A stretch of 64,000 bases of DNA, from the NCBI GenBank assembly GCA_965224085.1, contig CBDCYI010000004.1, forward strand, positions 1,664,001 through 1,728,000, in the 5' to 3' direction. The translations under genes and the position numbers were made by a program. The notes beneath the pieces were generated by a model. It was given only the letters and a program-made list of their open reading frames with translations. It searched no databases and was not told the origin of the DNA. Position 1 is the first letter of the stretch. Each line of letters begins with the position of its first letter. The stretch is from Candidatus Marinacidobacterales bacterium (lineage in GTDB: Bacteria > Acidobacteriota > Vicinamibacteria > Marinacidobacterales > SMYC01). Below, in pieces: positions 40,401 to 50,796 of this stretch.

Positions 40401-42261
40401 CCATTTTGTCCGCCATGAAACGGACTTTCTTCCAATCAACAAGCTCGCGCTCCGCCTCTTCCGCGCGCCGCTCGGTAATCGAGCTGTGCTCGGCGATGTC
40501 TTCGAGGCCGTCTTCCGAGGGCTCTTCGGCGCGCCCCAGCTTTCGCAAGAGACGATGCACGACCAGATCCGGGTAGCGGCGAATGGGCGACGTGACATGG
40601 GTGTAAGACGATGTCGCGAGCGCGTAGTGGCCCGCCTGCTCGGCCGAGTAGACGGCTTTTTTCATCGTGCGCAACATCGCGAAAGAGATGAGCCGCTCCT
40701 CCGGCTTGCCTTCGATACGCCGGAGAAGTTTTTGAAACGCTTTGGACGAGATGGACTCCGACGGCGCCCGCAAACGATAGCCGAGCCCGAGAATGAAGTC
40801 CTCGAATTGCTCGACGCGATCCTCATCCGGAGCTTCGTGCAAACGGTGGATAGAAGGAACATCTCGATTCGAAAGGAAGCGCGCGACCTCTTCATTCGCG
40901 AGCAGCATGAACTCTTCGATCAGGCGATGAGCGACGTTGCGCTCCGCAACGCAAATGTCGACGATCGCACCTTCCTCATCGAGAACGACTTCCGCTTCCG
41001 GCCGGTCGAAGTCGATCGATCCTCGAGCGCCACGACGCGCGCGAAGAATCTGGTAGAGCGCGAGCATTTTCTCGAACTCGGGCAGAAGTGAGGCATATTC
41101 GCGCCTGAGGTCCTCGCCGTCCTCGGAGAGAATCCCAAAGACGTTCGTATAAGTCATGCGCGCGGCGCTTCGAATGACGCCGTCGGTAAAGCGGCTTCGA
41201 ACGACCTCACCGTTCGGCGAGACTTCGATGAAAACGCTCTGCACGAGGCGGTCCACGCCGGGCTTCAAGCTGCAGATGCCGTTCGACAGGCGTTCGGGGA
41301 GCATCGGGACGGCGCGGTCGGGGAAATAGACGGAGGTCCCGCGACGGAACGCTTCGCGATCGAGGAGCGTTCCGTCGCGTACATAATGCGAGACATCCGC
41401 GATGTGCACACCGAGCCGGTAATGGCCGTTATCGAGAAGCTCCACTTCGACCGCATCATCGAAATCGCGCGCCGTCTCCCCGTCGATAGTGACGATGAGC
41501 CGTTTGCGAAAGTCTTCCCTTCCTTCGAGCGCGTCGTCACCTAGCTCGGCCTCGACCGACTCGGCCTCCGCCAAGACATCTTCAGGGAAGACCTCCGCAA
41601 TGCCGTGCTTCGCGAGCACGACCCGCACATCGACGCCCGGCTCGTCGACGCTGCCGAGAACTTGGATAATCCGCCCCATCGGTGCGCGGTAAGGCGACGG
41701 AAAGCGCGTGAGCTCGACGACAACCATATCGCCTGCCGCGGCACCCATCAGATCGTTCGCAGGCAGGAAGACTTCGTAAAGAAGACGCGCATCGAAGGGA
41801 ACGACCCGCGTCCCGCCGGAGTCGATCTCGAGACGACCGACGAGCGACGTCGTCCGCCGCTCCAAGACATCGACGATGCGTCCTTCGGGCCGACCTTCCC
41901 GCCCGCGCCGGTCGATGTGGACGAGCACCCGATCACCGTGAAGCGCCTCGCCGAGATGGCCTCCGGCGACATAGACGTCTCCTTGCCCGCGCTCCACCGG
42001 AACGACGAAGCCGAACCCGCCGCGCTTGACCTCGAGCCGTCCAGCGACGAGATCCATCTTCTCTGGAAGCCCAATCCGATCCGCTCGCGTGCGCGCAAGC
42101 TCCCCTTTGGCGATCATGTCTTCGATGACACGCTGCGCCTCCACCCGCGCCTCGCCTTTTACCCGGAGCTGTTTGAGGAGATCTTTCTCGGTGGTAGGCC
42201 GGCCGAGCTTCCGAAGGCGTTCGCGAATCTTCTCGCGGATCGAGTCTGAATCGAGTGTCAT
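40363..42261 (-). CDS. rnr: Ribonuclease R, C-terminally truncated by IS110 (S1 domain lost)
   Basis: GGFGFV, TIDGETARDFDDA, HIADVSHYV, IEEFMLLAN, TSPIRRYPDL. After FMADKM the frame reads into the IS end. Confidence 0.93.
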   Translation of the reverse strand: MTLDSDSIREKIRERLRKLGRPTTEKDLLKQLRVKGEARVEAQRVIEDMIAKGELARTRADRIGLPEKMDLVAGRLEVKRGGFGFVVPVERGQGDVYVAGGHLGEALHGDRVLVHIDRRGREGRPEGRIVDVLERRTTSLVGRLEIDSGGTRVVPFDARLLYEVFLPANDLMGAAAGDMVVVELTRFPSPYRAPMGRIIQVLGSVDEPGVDVRVVLAKHGIAEVFPEDVLAEAESVEAELGDDALEGREDFRKRLIVTIDGETARDFDDAVEVELLDNGHYRLGVHIADVSHYVRDGTLLDREAFRRGTSVYFPDRAVPMLPERLSNGICSLKPGVDRLVQSVFIEVSPNGEVVRSRFTDGVIRSAARMTYTNVFGILSEDGEDLRREYASLLPEFEKMLALYQILRARRGARGSIDFDRPEAEVVLDEEGAIVDICVAERNVAHRLIEEFMLLANEEVARFLSNRDVPSIHRLHEAPDEDRVEQFEDFILGLGYRLRAPSESISSKAFQKLLRRIEGKPEERLISFAMLRTMKKAVYSAEQAGHYALATSSYTHVTSPIRRYPDLVVHRLLRKLGRAEEPSEDGLEDIAEHSSITERRAEEAERELVDWKKVRFMADKMDSPRRIKRKRSS

Positions 42262-42273
42262 AAGGGAGCCGAG

Positions 42274-42302
42274 TTGAAAGCCGGGCCGCGTCTTTGTATC
42301 AT
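42274..42302 (+). promoter_or_regulatory. sigma70-like promoter for tRNA-Leu
   Basis: TTGAAA-17 bp-TATCAT, about 20 nt upstream of the tRNA. Confidence 0.65.
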
Positions 42303-42323
42303 CGTTTGCTCGACCACAATAGT

Positions 42324-42409
42324 GCCGAAGTGGCGGAACGGCAGACGCGCTGCGTTCAGGGCGCAGTTTCCTTCGGGGAGTGGGGGTTCAAATCCCCCCT
42401 TCGGCACCA
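42324..42409 (+). tRNA. tRNA-Leu (anticodon CAG)
   Basis: Acceptor stem GCCGAAG/CTTCGGC, anticodon arm CTGCG-TTCAGGG-CGCAG, long variable arm, GGTTCAAATCC, 3' ACCA. Confidence 0.96.
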
Positions 42410-42429
42410 ATTTTTTCGTCTCCCTTATC

Positions 42430-42481
42430 CATCAACGACTTAGCACAACCGAGGGGGGTGTTGGGTCACATTTGGGTCACA
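42430..42481 (+). promoter_or_regulatory. Putative att-site accessory sites (IHF-like box and arm-type direct repeats)
   Basis: CATCAACGACTTA at 42430-42442 and TTGGGTCACA-T-TTGGGTCACA at 42461-42481. Confidence 0.55.
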
Positions 42482-42797
42482 TCCGGGGCGCCGCGCAAGG
42501 CCCAATACTGCGTATGTCGCAGGCTCATGTTCTGCGCGGATTCCCCAAAACTTTGCGGAAACCTGAGGTCATGGACGCCACCATCGCTTGCTTCAGCGTT
42601 GTGTGAGAGTGGTCTCGATAATCGACGGGACTGTTTGCAGGGTAATCGATGGGATCGCTCTAAACAGTCCGCCGTCCATGCCGTATAGCCACTGCAGGTG
42701 GTGTTTCCCGTTTCCGCTTCCCGATCTCTATAGAGGCAATGGGAAGCGGAAACGATCCCATCAAATAGCTCCGGGACGCGAACTCCAGGCCAGCCGG

Positions 42798-43884
42798 TGC
42801 CTTGGTGCACAACTCGCGATCTAGGTCCACAATTGTCCTGTACTCGCGGATTCGAGGTTCCCCATGAGCATTTTCAAACGCACTCAGCGGAAGTATGTGA
42901 AGAAGGCCTATCGCGTGAGGAATTGGCGTGAATATGAGGCGGGTCTACGCAACCGCGGGAGCCTGACCGTCTGGATCTCGCTCACCGCCGGCAAGCTTGT
43001 GAACTGGGACGCGCCCTGGCCAAGGAGGAGGAAACCGGGCCGTCAACGCAAGTAGTCGAACCACGCCATCGAGACGGCTGTCACCCTGGGCATGGTGTTT
43101 CATCTGTCGTCTAGGCAGAGCGAGGGATTGCTGCGATCGTTGTTCGCTCTGATGAAGCTAGACAATGATGTGCCCGATCACACCACGATCTCGAGGCGCA
43201 AGGCGAAGCTGGGTAAGGTCCCCTTCTACCAAGACAAGCAGAAGACGCCGTTGCACATCTTGATCGACAGCAGCGGTCTCGCTGTACACGCCGGCCAGCT
43301 GCGCAGAGCACCAAATAGCAGGGACTATCGCAAGCTCCATCTGTGTGTCGACGAGCAGACTGGCGAAGTCGTCGCCTGCGAGCTGACGAGCAAAAGAGCC
43401 CGCGATTCATCGCGGGTTGCATCGCTTGTCGGACAGAGCGACAGTCCCATCTCATCGGCCAGAGCTGACACCGCATACGACGCCAGCGGCGTCTATGAGG
43501 CAATCGAGAATCACAGCGCTCATCGCTCGCCGAGGGTGCTGATACCGCCGCGCAAGGGCGCCCTGCTCGCATCGGGGCCGGCGAGCAGCCGACAGCGCAA
43601 TCGCAACATTGCAGCACAAGCTCGGCTCGGCAAACGAAAGTGGCACACAGAATCGGGCTACAGCAAACGGAGCAAAGTCGAGACAACGTTCCATCGCTAC
43701 AAGGCTATCGTGGGCTCAGCAATGCGAGCGAGAGGGTTGGCGGCACAGAGAGTCGAGGCAAGGATCGGGTGCAAGATTCTCAACACCATGACGGCGCTCG
43801 GGATGCCTGATAGCGAGATGATCGGATGATGGGAGTCGGGGCCAAGCGAGCTCTCGGCCTCTATCGGAGTTGTGCACCAAGGCA
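42798..43884 (+). mobile_element. IS5-family (IS903-like) element; transposase 42864-43829 has an in-frame TAG at 43053
   Basis: 18-bp TIRs. YRVRNWREYEAGLRNRGSLTVW, PDHTTISRR, IDSSG, RKLHL, ADTAYD, RSKVET. Confidence 0.92.
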
Positions 43885-43981
43885 GTGATCTGGCAGTACT
43901 GACGGACTCGCTTCAATGAAGCTCCGCGCCGACAGGCGTGGAATGCGGTGGAATCCACACTGCACCCGGCTGGTGTCACCG

Positions 43982-44323
43982 ATGGATATCGAAGTTTTGG
44001 AAGAACGGCATCACGATGTGCTCGTGCTGCTCCCCATCGGACGCCTGGATAGCGGGAACGCCAGCGCGTTCGAATCGATCGTCATGGAGCACATCAACAG
44101 CGGCGAGCGGCACCTGGTCATCGATTTCAACCGTCTCGACTTCATCAGCAGCGCTGGTCTGCGGGTCGCCCTGCTCGCCACCCGGGCGCTGCAGACGATC
44201 AAGGGGCGGATCGTCCTCTGCGCCATGAGGAAACACATCGAGGAAGTCTTCCGAATCAGCGGCTTCGACCGGATCATCGTGATCAAGGAGTCGCGCCAAA
44301 CGGCTCTGGACGTCTTCGCCTGA
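43982..44323 (+). CDS. STAS domain anti-sigma factor antagonist
   Basis: GRLD, LDFISSAGLR, EVFRISGF. Confidence 0.9.
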   Translation: MDIEVLEERHHDVLVLLPIGRLDSGNASAFESIVMEHINSGERHLVIDFNRLDFISSAGLRVALLATRALQTIKGRIVLCAMRKHIEEVFRISGFDRIIVIKESRQTALDVFA

Positions 44324-44378
44324 CCCGTGGCACCCCCCCCCCGGCGTTACGATACGGGCGCCCCGCTCCATCAGGGCT

Positions 44379-45038
44379 TCAACGCCGGTAGGCCCGCAAG
44401 GTTTGGACTAGGGCACCTTCTTTTTTTGCCCAGGACGACCGGATCATCTGCAACGCCGATTCGGCGGTCGGCGCCTGCAGGGCCAACGCACGGTTTTTAC
44501 CCTTCAGCAGCCCCTCGGCGACCGCGTGGTCCAGAAACTTGAACAGGTAATCGTAGTAGCCGTCACTGTTCAACAAGACGCACGGCTTCTCATGCAGCTC
44601 GATCTGCGCCCAGGTGAGCGCCTCGAATATCTCCTCGATCGTTCCAAAACCCCCGGGCAAGGCCAGCGACGCGTCCGCCAAGGACTGCATCTTGTATTTC
44701 CGTTCATGCATGGTGTCGACCACATGCAGTTGGCTCAGGCCGTCGTGGGCCACGTCCTGGTATTCCAGATGTCGTGGGATGACGCCGGTGACGCTGCCGC
44801 CGTGCGCAAGGACGGCGTCGGCCAGGGCACCCATCAGCCCGACCCTCGCCCCACCGTACACCAGACCGATCCCTTCCCTCGCCATCAGGCAGCCCAGGGT
44901 CTCGGCCTCTCGGACATGCTCCTCGCGGGTTCCGATGTTCCCGGCCAGATAGACGCAGATGTGTTTTGCGCTGGGCGACTGGGTTGGATTGCTGCCGCAT
45001 TCGGGGCCGTCTCTGTTCCGTGATCCTTTGGTCGACAT
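44379..45038 (-). CDS. LOG family nucleotide phosphoribohydrolase (TIGR00730-like)
   Basis: LVYGG..GLMG, MHERK, PGGFGTIEE. Confidence 0.9.
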   Translation of the reverse strand: MSTKGSRNRDGPECGSNPTQSPSAKHICVYLAGNIGTREEHVREAETLGCLMAREGIGLVYGGARVGLMGALADAVLAHGGSVTGVIPRHLEYQDVAHDGLSQLHVVDTMHERKYKMQSLADASLALPGGFGTIEEIFEALTWAQIELHEKPCVLLNSDGYYDYLFKFLDHAVAEGLLKGKNRALALQAPTAESALQMIRSSWAKKEGALVQTLRAYRR

Positions 45039-45056
45039 CTATGTCCACATCCGAAG

Positions 45057-46091
45057 CTATGTCCGACCGTCCGGTTCCACCTCCGGGTCCGCGCTTCCAA
45101 CTGCGGATGGTGGGGAACCCAGGGACAAGGGTGAGCTGCTTTCGATCGGCAGGCCCACCTGCATCCAACGTGGAGAGTTTGCGCTGGCGACCGTGACGTA
45201 CTTGTAGACGGCGCCGTCCGAGACCCGCGGCGCGGTGTCATGCACGACTTGCGTCGTCCCTTCCGTGAGCCGAACCCGATCATCGGCACGCGGCAGGCCG
45301 GCCGGGAAGTGGCTCGCGGGGGACGACGGAAGGCTGGTGTATACCGCATCGCCGCCCAGGGTCACGACGTGAATCTCGCCTATCGTGGTGGAGTCCACGA
45401 TGCGGCGCAGCCTGCCGTAGATCTCCTCGGTCGGCCACCCGGCCTCCTCGGCAGCCGCTACGAAATAATCCACGAGCGTGGCCTGCACGATCATTTGCTG
45501 GCCGAGGATCCCATCGAGGACGATTCTGATCTCGGCCAGCCGGTTGGTATAGATGTTGTTCAGGATCTCTGGCTCGCCGAAGGCCGTCATGACCGGCGAG
45601 GTATAGGCATTGCTCAAGACGTCCTGCTCGTCAAAGGCCGGCGCATTGACCACTTGCACAATCCGATGCCGGTCGACACCGCTGACTCCGACGTACTTGT
45701 AGATCTCATGATCAATCTCCCGCACCTGCGCCGGCTGTGTCACGGCATCGTCGCTATCGAGGGAAGATGCAAGCAGGGCATAGAACGTCGAAGCCTGCGG
45801 TTGGACCGCGGGATCGGGACCGAACCGGAAAGGCACCAGCGCTCCGGTTTCATCCCGGACGGTGGTGAGATAGGCTACGCCCTGCTCGTCCGTGATCCAG
45901 ATCTCGTCCAGCACCGTGCTCGCGCCGATGGCGGCGAGGGTTTCGATCACGCGCGCCGAGTCATGCCCGGCCGCTTCGGCCGCGGCCACAAGATGTGCAG
46001 CGATACGCGCCTGTGCCGTCATCTGATCGTCCAGCATCGCGTCAAGCGCGCGTGCGATCTTGGCGAGCGAAAGTTGGCCCATCTCAGTCAA
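45057..46091 (-). CDS. Hypothetical protein with two tandem Cache-like repeats
   Basis: Internal duplication QM..QA..AAAE.AG...EI...YKYV.V...R..QV. Confidence 0.6.
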   Translation of the reverse strand: MTEMGQLSLAKIARALDAMLDDQMTAQARIAAHLVAAAEAAGHDSARVIETLAAIGASTVLDEIWITDEQGVAYLTTVRDETGALVPFRFGPDPAVQPQASTFYALLASSLDSDDAVTQPAQVREIDHEIYKYVGVSGVDRHRIVQVVNAPAFDEQDVLSNAYTSPVMTAFGEPEILNNIYTNRLAEIRIVLDGILGQQMIVQATLVDYFVAAAEEAGWPTEEIYGRLRRIVDSTTIGEIHVVTLGGDAVYTSLPSSPASHFPAGLPRADDRVRLTEGTTQVVHDTAPRVSDGAVYKYVTVASANSPRWMQVGLPIESSSPLSLGSPPSAVGSADPEVEPDGRT

Positions 46092-46377
46092 GCTGGCGTG
46101 TCATGCGTTACGTTTCTTGTCGTATGCTGTCGCGTGCCCGTTCTGAGCGGGCTGTGTCCAGCAGCGCCGCCCAGGCTAGCAAAGTTTTCGTATTCTAGCG
46201 ACCCGTAAAGACCGGCAGCTTGAGCGGCCGTCAGAAGAACCATCGCAACGCTGAGCGGCCGGACTCACCTTGGGCGGTTTCACGCCGAGCGAAGCCCATG
46301 CTGGAATCCGGCCAGCCTGACCATGAACGGCCGACTTCACCTTGAATCGGCGGTCGTTTCAGCGAGTACTTCAACGA

Positions 46378-46890
46378 GCGTTGGTGCACGAATCGGCGTT
46401 GGTGCATGAATCCGTTCGTGCTCGCCCGGAACCTTTTGGCGGTCCAACTTGCCCCCCGCCGATCGCTTGTGATTCAGGCTTGTCCAGCTCAGACATCCGG
46501 TTCAATACATGGCACCCGAGTCTCGCCTCCCGATTCTGCGATTCGTAGCCGCGCGCGATAAGGCTGTTTCCGAGCGTGCGCTTGTACCTGAAGAAAAGAT
46601 TCTCGATGGAGCCCTGTCGTCGATACCCTGACTCCCGCTGCCAGCCTTGGCGCCCGATTCTGCGAATCGTCTTGAGGGTCGCGTTCCGCTGCGCCCACGT
46701 GCCCTCGGCGCCGTCCAAAGGCAACGCCCCTCGTCGAGGTGGGAGCACGATCTTGATGTCCGCGGTGCCGACCTCACCGAGCAGCTCGTAAACCGACCGA
46801 GTATCGTAGGCCCCATCGACTGTGAAACGTCGGATCGGAGAGTCGCTCTGTTCGACCAGACACGCGACAGTGGACGGATCGTCCTCGCGG
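46378..46890 (-). mobile_element. IS5-family (IS903-like) remnant with tandemly duplicated end
   Basis: DGAYD, WQRESGYRRQG.IEN.FFRYK; GCGTTGGTGCAYGAATC occurs at both 46378 and 46396. Confidence 0.75.
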
Positions 46891-47060
46891 TGCTTGCGTC
46901 ATTGACTGTTGCGGGCATAAGGGGAAGACTGTGTAGTGCTATAGGTTACATCAGATTTTAACGTCACCGGACTTCAGCTTGCGCCAAACTGTGCATAAGT
47001 GCCGTCCTCGCACGACGACGTGGACGAGCCGGCAACAGTAAACGGAGCAAGCACCCCAAG

Positions 47061-47232
47061 ATGACTTGCATCGTTCTCACTCTGAACGACCACTCCCTCT
47101 TTAGCCTCGCAGCTGTACAACACCGCGAGCCTCACCGCAGAGAATGCCCGCTTAGCGGACCGATGTCAACCACCCAGCGGCCCGAACGAAGGCCTTGCCG
47201 GAAGCGTCCGGCCCCGCTTGACAACCCCACGG
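47061..47232. repeat. ~170-bp direct repeat copy 1 (ispH start + divergent promoter region)
   Basis: Aligns with 58602-58772 with scattered substitutions; contains TTGACA-17-TATAAC pointing at the synthase. Confidence 0.88.
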
Positions 47233-47284
47233 TGAGTCCATATAACTTCCATTAGGCGAAGAAGAAAATGGGACAAGCGTCAGG

Positions 47285-48376
47285 ATGACGGCGTCCTCCT
47301 CGAACGTGTCGACGAAGGGCGACCTCGCCTACCAGGCTACAATCCTGCAAGGCGTGTCCCGCACCTTTGCGCTCACGATTCCGCAGCTTCCAGGCGCTCT
47401 CCGTGACGTGGTGGGCAATGCCTATCTCCTGTGCCGAATCACAGACACCATTGAGGACGAGCCCACGCTGTCCGCCGGGCAGAAGCAGGTGTTTGCGGAA
47501 CGCTTCGTCGAGGTCGTGGCCGGTCGAGAAGCAGCGGAGCCGTTCGCGCGCGAGCTCGGCGCGGGGCTGTCGTCGTCGTCGACCGCCAGCGAGCATGACC
47601 TGATCGCCAACACCGCCCGGGTCATCCGCATCACAAACGGGTTTCGTGCTGCCCAACGAGGCGCGCTCGAACGCTGCGTGCGGATCATGGCGCACGGCAT
47701 GGCGGAGTTTCAGCAGCACGTGACAGCCGCCGGCTTGAACGACCTGCCCCACCTCGATCGCTATTGCTACCACGTCGCCGGCGTGGTCGGCGAGATGCTC
47801 ACCGAGCTGTTCTGCGACTACTCCGCCGAAATCAACGAACGTCGCAACGAACTGCTCCCGCTGGCAGTCTTCTTCGGCCAAGGGCTGCAGATGACCAACA
47901 TCCTCAAGGATGTATGGGACGACCGGCAGCGCGGGGCGTGCTGGCTGCCGCGGGACATCTTCCTTGAAGCCGGGTTCGAGCTGCGCTCCCTGTCCGCGGG
48001 GCAAAATGACCCCCGCTTCACCGACGGGCTGTTCACGCTGGTGGGGATCGCCCGCCAGCATCTGGCGGACGCGTTGCGGTTCATCCAGCTCATTCCGGCC
48101 CATGAAACCGGCATTCGCCGACACTGCCTGTGGGCCTTGGGGATGGCCGTGCTGACCCTGCGCCGCATTCACGCGACGCCAACGTTCCGGAACGAGCGGG
48201 AGGTCAAGATCTCGCGCCGCAGCGTGCGTGCGGTCACCGTAGTCACCAGCACCCTGGTGCGCTCGAATTTGGCGCTGACGCTCCTCTTCAAGGTACTGAC
48301 CCGCGGCCTCCCCCAAGCCGAAGCAGCACGGGCTCCGGACAAGCGTAAAAGCAAGCCCTTGAAGAGTATCCCGTGA
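47285..48376 (+). CDS. Squalene/phytoene synthase family (farnesyl-diphosphate farnesyltransferase-like)
   Basis: [41 protein letters not shown]. Confidence 0.9.
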   Translation: MTASSSNVSTKGDLAYQATILQGVSRTFALTIPQLPGALRDVVGNAYLLCRITDTIEDEPTLSAGQKQVFAERFVEVVAGREAAEPFARELGAGLSSSSTASEHDLIANTARVIRITNGFRAAQRGALERCVRIMAHGMAEFQQHVTAAGLNDLPHLDRYCYHVAGVVGEMLTELFCDYSAEINERRNELLPLAVFFGQGLQMTNILKDVWDDRQRGACWLPRDIFLEAGFELRSLSAGQNDPRFTDGLFTLVGIARQHLADALRFIQLIPAHETGIRRHCLWALGMAVLTLRRIHATPTFRNEREVKISRRSVRAVTVVTSTLVRSNLALTLLFKVLTRGLPQAEAARAPDKRKSKPLKSIP

Positions 48377-49422
48377 GGTCAAAATACTCATGCGGCTTCC
48401 CGATGGTAGAAACGTAGCAACCCACCCAGCGCTCCGCGAACGAGTTCAAATCCGGGCTCCGTGCGGGCAGCTTGACGGGCGCGACGCCAACCGCCTCGAT
48501 GATCCGGTGGAACGACTCGCAGAACTTCGAGTCCCGGTCGTGAATGAGGTATCGGCTCGAGGACAGAAGGCCGACATCTGCCATGGTCACGTTGCGAGCC
48601 ACTTGAGTCATCCACTGTTCGTTCGGATGCGGCGTGATGCCGGCGATGTGGACTCGACGGGTAGCCAAGTGTATGAAGAACACAACGTAGTACGTCACCA
48701 ACCCGCCCTGAGTCCACACTTCCGCGGTGAAGAAATCTGTGGCCGCGAGGACGTCCATGTGCGAGCGGATGAACTCCCTCCACGTCGTGGTCTTCCGACG
48801 CTCTGGTGCGAGCGGAATGCCGTGGCGTTTCAGAATGTTACCGACGGTTTGGTCGGCCACTTCATGCCCGAGGTTGGCTAGCGCCCCGGCAATCCGGTCG
48901 TAACCCCAGGACTTGTTCTCCTTGGCGAGACGCACCACCAGCTCTTCGATGTCGGCGTCGATCCGCGGTCGCCCTGGATACTGACGGTTCTTGGAGCTGT
49001 CGAACTTCTTCGCAACAAGCCTCCGGTGCCAACCTAGGATCGTGTCGGGGTTCACGATACTCGCGATCTCATCAAGGGCTTGCTTACCCAGACGCTTTCC
49101 GAGCTCGGCCAGAGACCGCCGTTCGCCATCGGTCAGGCGCAAGCGACCCTGGATCTGAATTCGAAGAACTCGATTCTCAGCCACAAGATACTCGTTGCGC
49201 AGGAGCAACTCCTCATCCACGGATCCTGAGATGTAGCTCAGTATGGTCTTCCAGTCCATCGCGACTCCTTTCGCTGAACCGGAATACGTATCCGACCGCG
49301 ATGGCCGATTCAAGCGGCCTTTGGAAAGGTGCAAACTGCTGACCCACTGGGCGTTCGAGTATTTTGACCGGGGTTGCTACGTTTCTACCATCGGGAAGCC
49401 GCATGAGTATTTTGACCTCACG
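48372..49422 (-). mobile_element. Integrase-core (rve) transposase remnant with internal deletion, bounded by 52-bp inverted repeats
   Basis: WGYDRI, DFFTAEV, LIHDRD, NSFAERWV, then a jump to GGLLRFYHREAA. IRs at 48372-48423 and 49371-49422. Confidence 0.8.
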
Positions 49423-49509
49423 CGATAATTCATGGTCGAGACGCCGAGGACGTGATAGTCACGCGCGTAGCGGATTTGGCGATGTCAAATGCGGTCGTTG
49501 AGGAAACTC

Positions 49510-50796
49510 TTAGAAACTATAAGTCAGGCTCAGATCGAGGAAGCTGTCGCGTCGCATCTCATAGTGGAGATCCGCCTCATCGACACTGAGAAGGGCGATC
49601 GTCTCCATGTGCAGTAACCACTGGTCGGTGATGCGCCGGTTGAATTCGACAGCCAGTGAGCGTGTGGCGCGGCCCGCGTCCGCCAGAACGCCGACAACGA
49701 CTTCGGTGCTCTGGACGTCGTTGAACACAAGGCGCGTGGCGAGGAAGAAATCGTTCTCGAGAGTATTGGGCGAACGGCTTGGCGTCGCATTTCGGCCCCG
49801 CCCATCGTAATTCCATTCGCTGACGACGTTGAGATCGAAGGCGGAACCGGCCACGGAATAGAACGTGTACTCTCCACCGAAAACGGTGGCAAAGTAGTCC
49901 TCTTCCCGGCCGGACAGGTTTCGAGCGTCGGCGCGCTGAATGGCCTCGAGCTTGAACAGCCAGGAGCCGATGGTCATCTGGGCGTCCAGCCCGAATTGGC
50001 GGATCTGCGCGTAGTACTGAATCAGAGCCGGCCCGCCGTCCGGGTCGCTGCCCGGCAGCAGAAACGGCTCCCGGCTGGTGCCGTCGAATACGCTCACGCC
50101 AAGATCGAGTGGTCCGAAGCTGCGGCTGTATCGGGAGGCGAGATCCAGGTGCCACTCCCCAGCCGCGCTCTCGTACTCGATACGCTCGTGGTCCACGACG
50201 AACGGCAGGCGCAGGCGGCCGCTGCGACCTTGAAACGTGCGCGCGCGGTGATAGGGCAGGCCGAATATTTCAAATACGCCCCAGTCGCCAAACCAGGTGA
50301 CGTGCACCATGGGTTGCCCCAGTTTGGCCTCTCCGTTCGGATGCTCGACGAAGTCGACCTGGTTGACGATATCGACCAGGTGCTGCGATTCGGTGACTCC
50401 CCAGAACACCTGGTCGACGCCCAGACGCAACTCCCATCCGCTATCGCCGATTTCGCCGAACAGCAGAAGATAGGCTTCGTGCAGATCGAAGTGGGTGCGG
50501 CGCGGATCCGAATGATCGTAGCGAAAGAACGGCGCCAGCGTGAGGTTTCTGCCGTCGGCGTCTTCCAGATAGAATCGCGGTGCCGCAACGAAGCCGCTGG
50601 CAAGCGAGCGCTGGCCGGAAAAGGCGCCCGCTTCGGGAAACCAACGGCTTTCGGCGCTCAGGCGTCCGGAAAACTCGTATTCGACAGTCTCCTCGGTCTC
50701 CTCGGTTCCGGCATGTGCGTCGGTGGCAAAAATGGTGGCCACGAACCAGACAGCGCCCAGGAGTCCGTGGCAAAAAGCGGCACGGGGTCGCATCAC
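49510..50796 (-). CDS. Putative outer-membrane beta-barrel protein
   Basis: Signal peptide, VFWGVTES..LVDIVNQ.D, C-terminal LSLTYSF; coupled to the LolA-like gene. Confidence 0.75.
   Translation of the reverse strand: MMRPRAAFCHGLLGAVWFVATIFATDAHAGTEETEETVEYEFSGRLSAESRWFPEAGAFSGQRSLASGFVAAPRFYLEDADGRNLTLAPFFRYDHSDPRRTHFDLHEAYLLLFGEIGDSGWELRLGVDQVFWGVTESQHLVDIVNQVDFVEHPNGEAKLGQPMVHVTWFGDWGVFEIFGLPYHRARTFQGRSGRLRLPFVVDHERIEYESAAGEWHLDLASRYSRSFGPLDLGVSVFDGTSREPFLLPGSDPDGGPALIQYYAQIRQFGLDAQMTIGSWLFKLEAIQRADARNLSGREEDYFATVFGGEYTFYSVAGSAFDLNVVSEWNYDGRGRNATPSRSPNTLENDFFLATRLVFNDVQSTEVVVGVLADAGRATRSLAVEFNRRITDQWLLHMETIALLSVDEADLHYEMRRDSFLDLSLTYSF

Noticed and set aside
43053-43055. Programmed stop read-through (pyrrolysine) in the IS5 transposase or BTAD gene
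   Set aside because: A single substitution from a Tyr/Glu codon is simpler; no pyl genes here.
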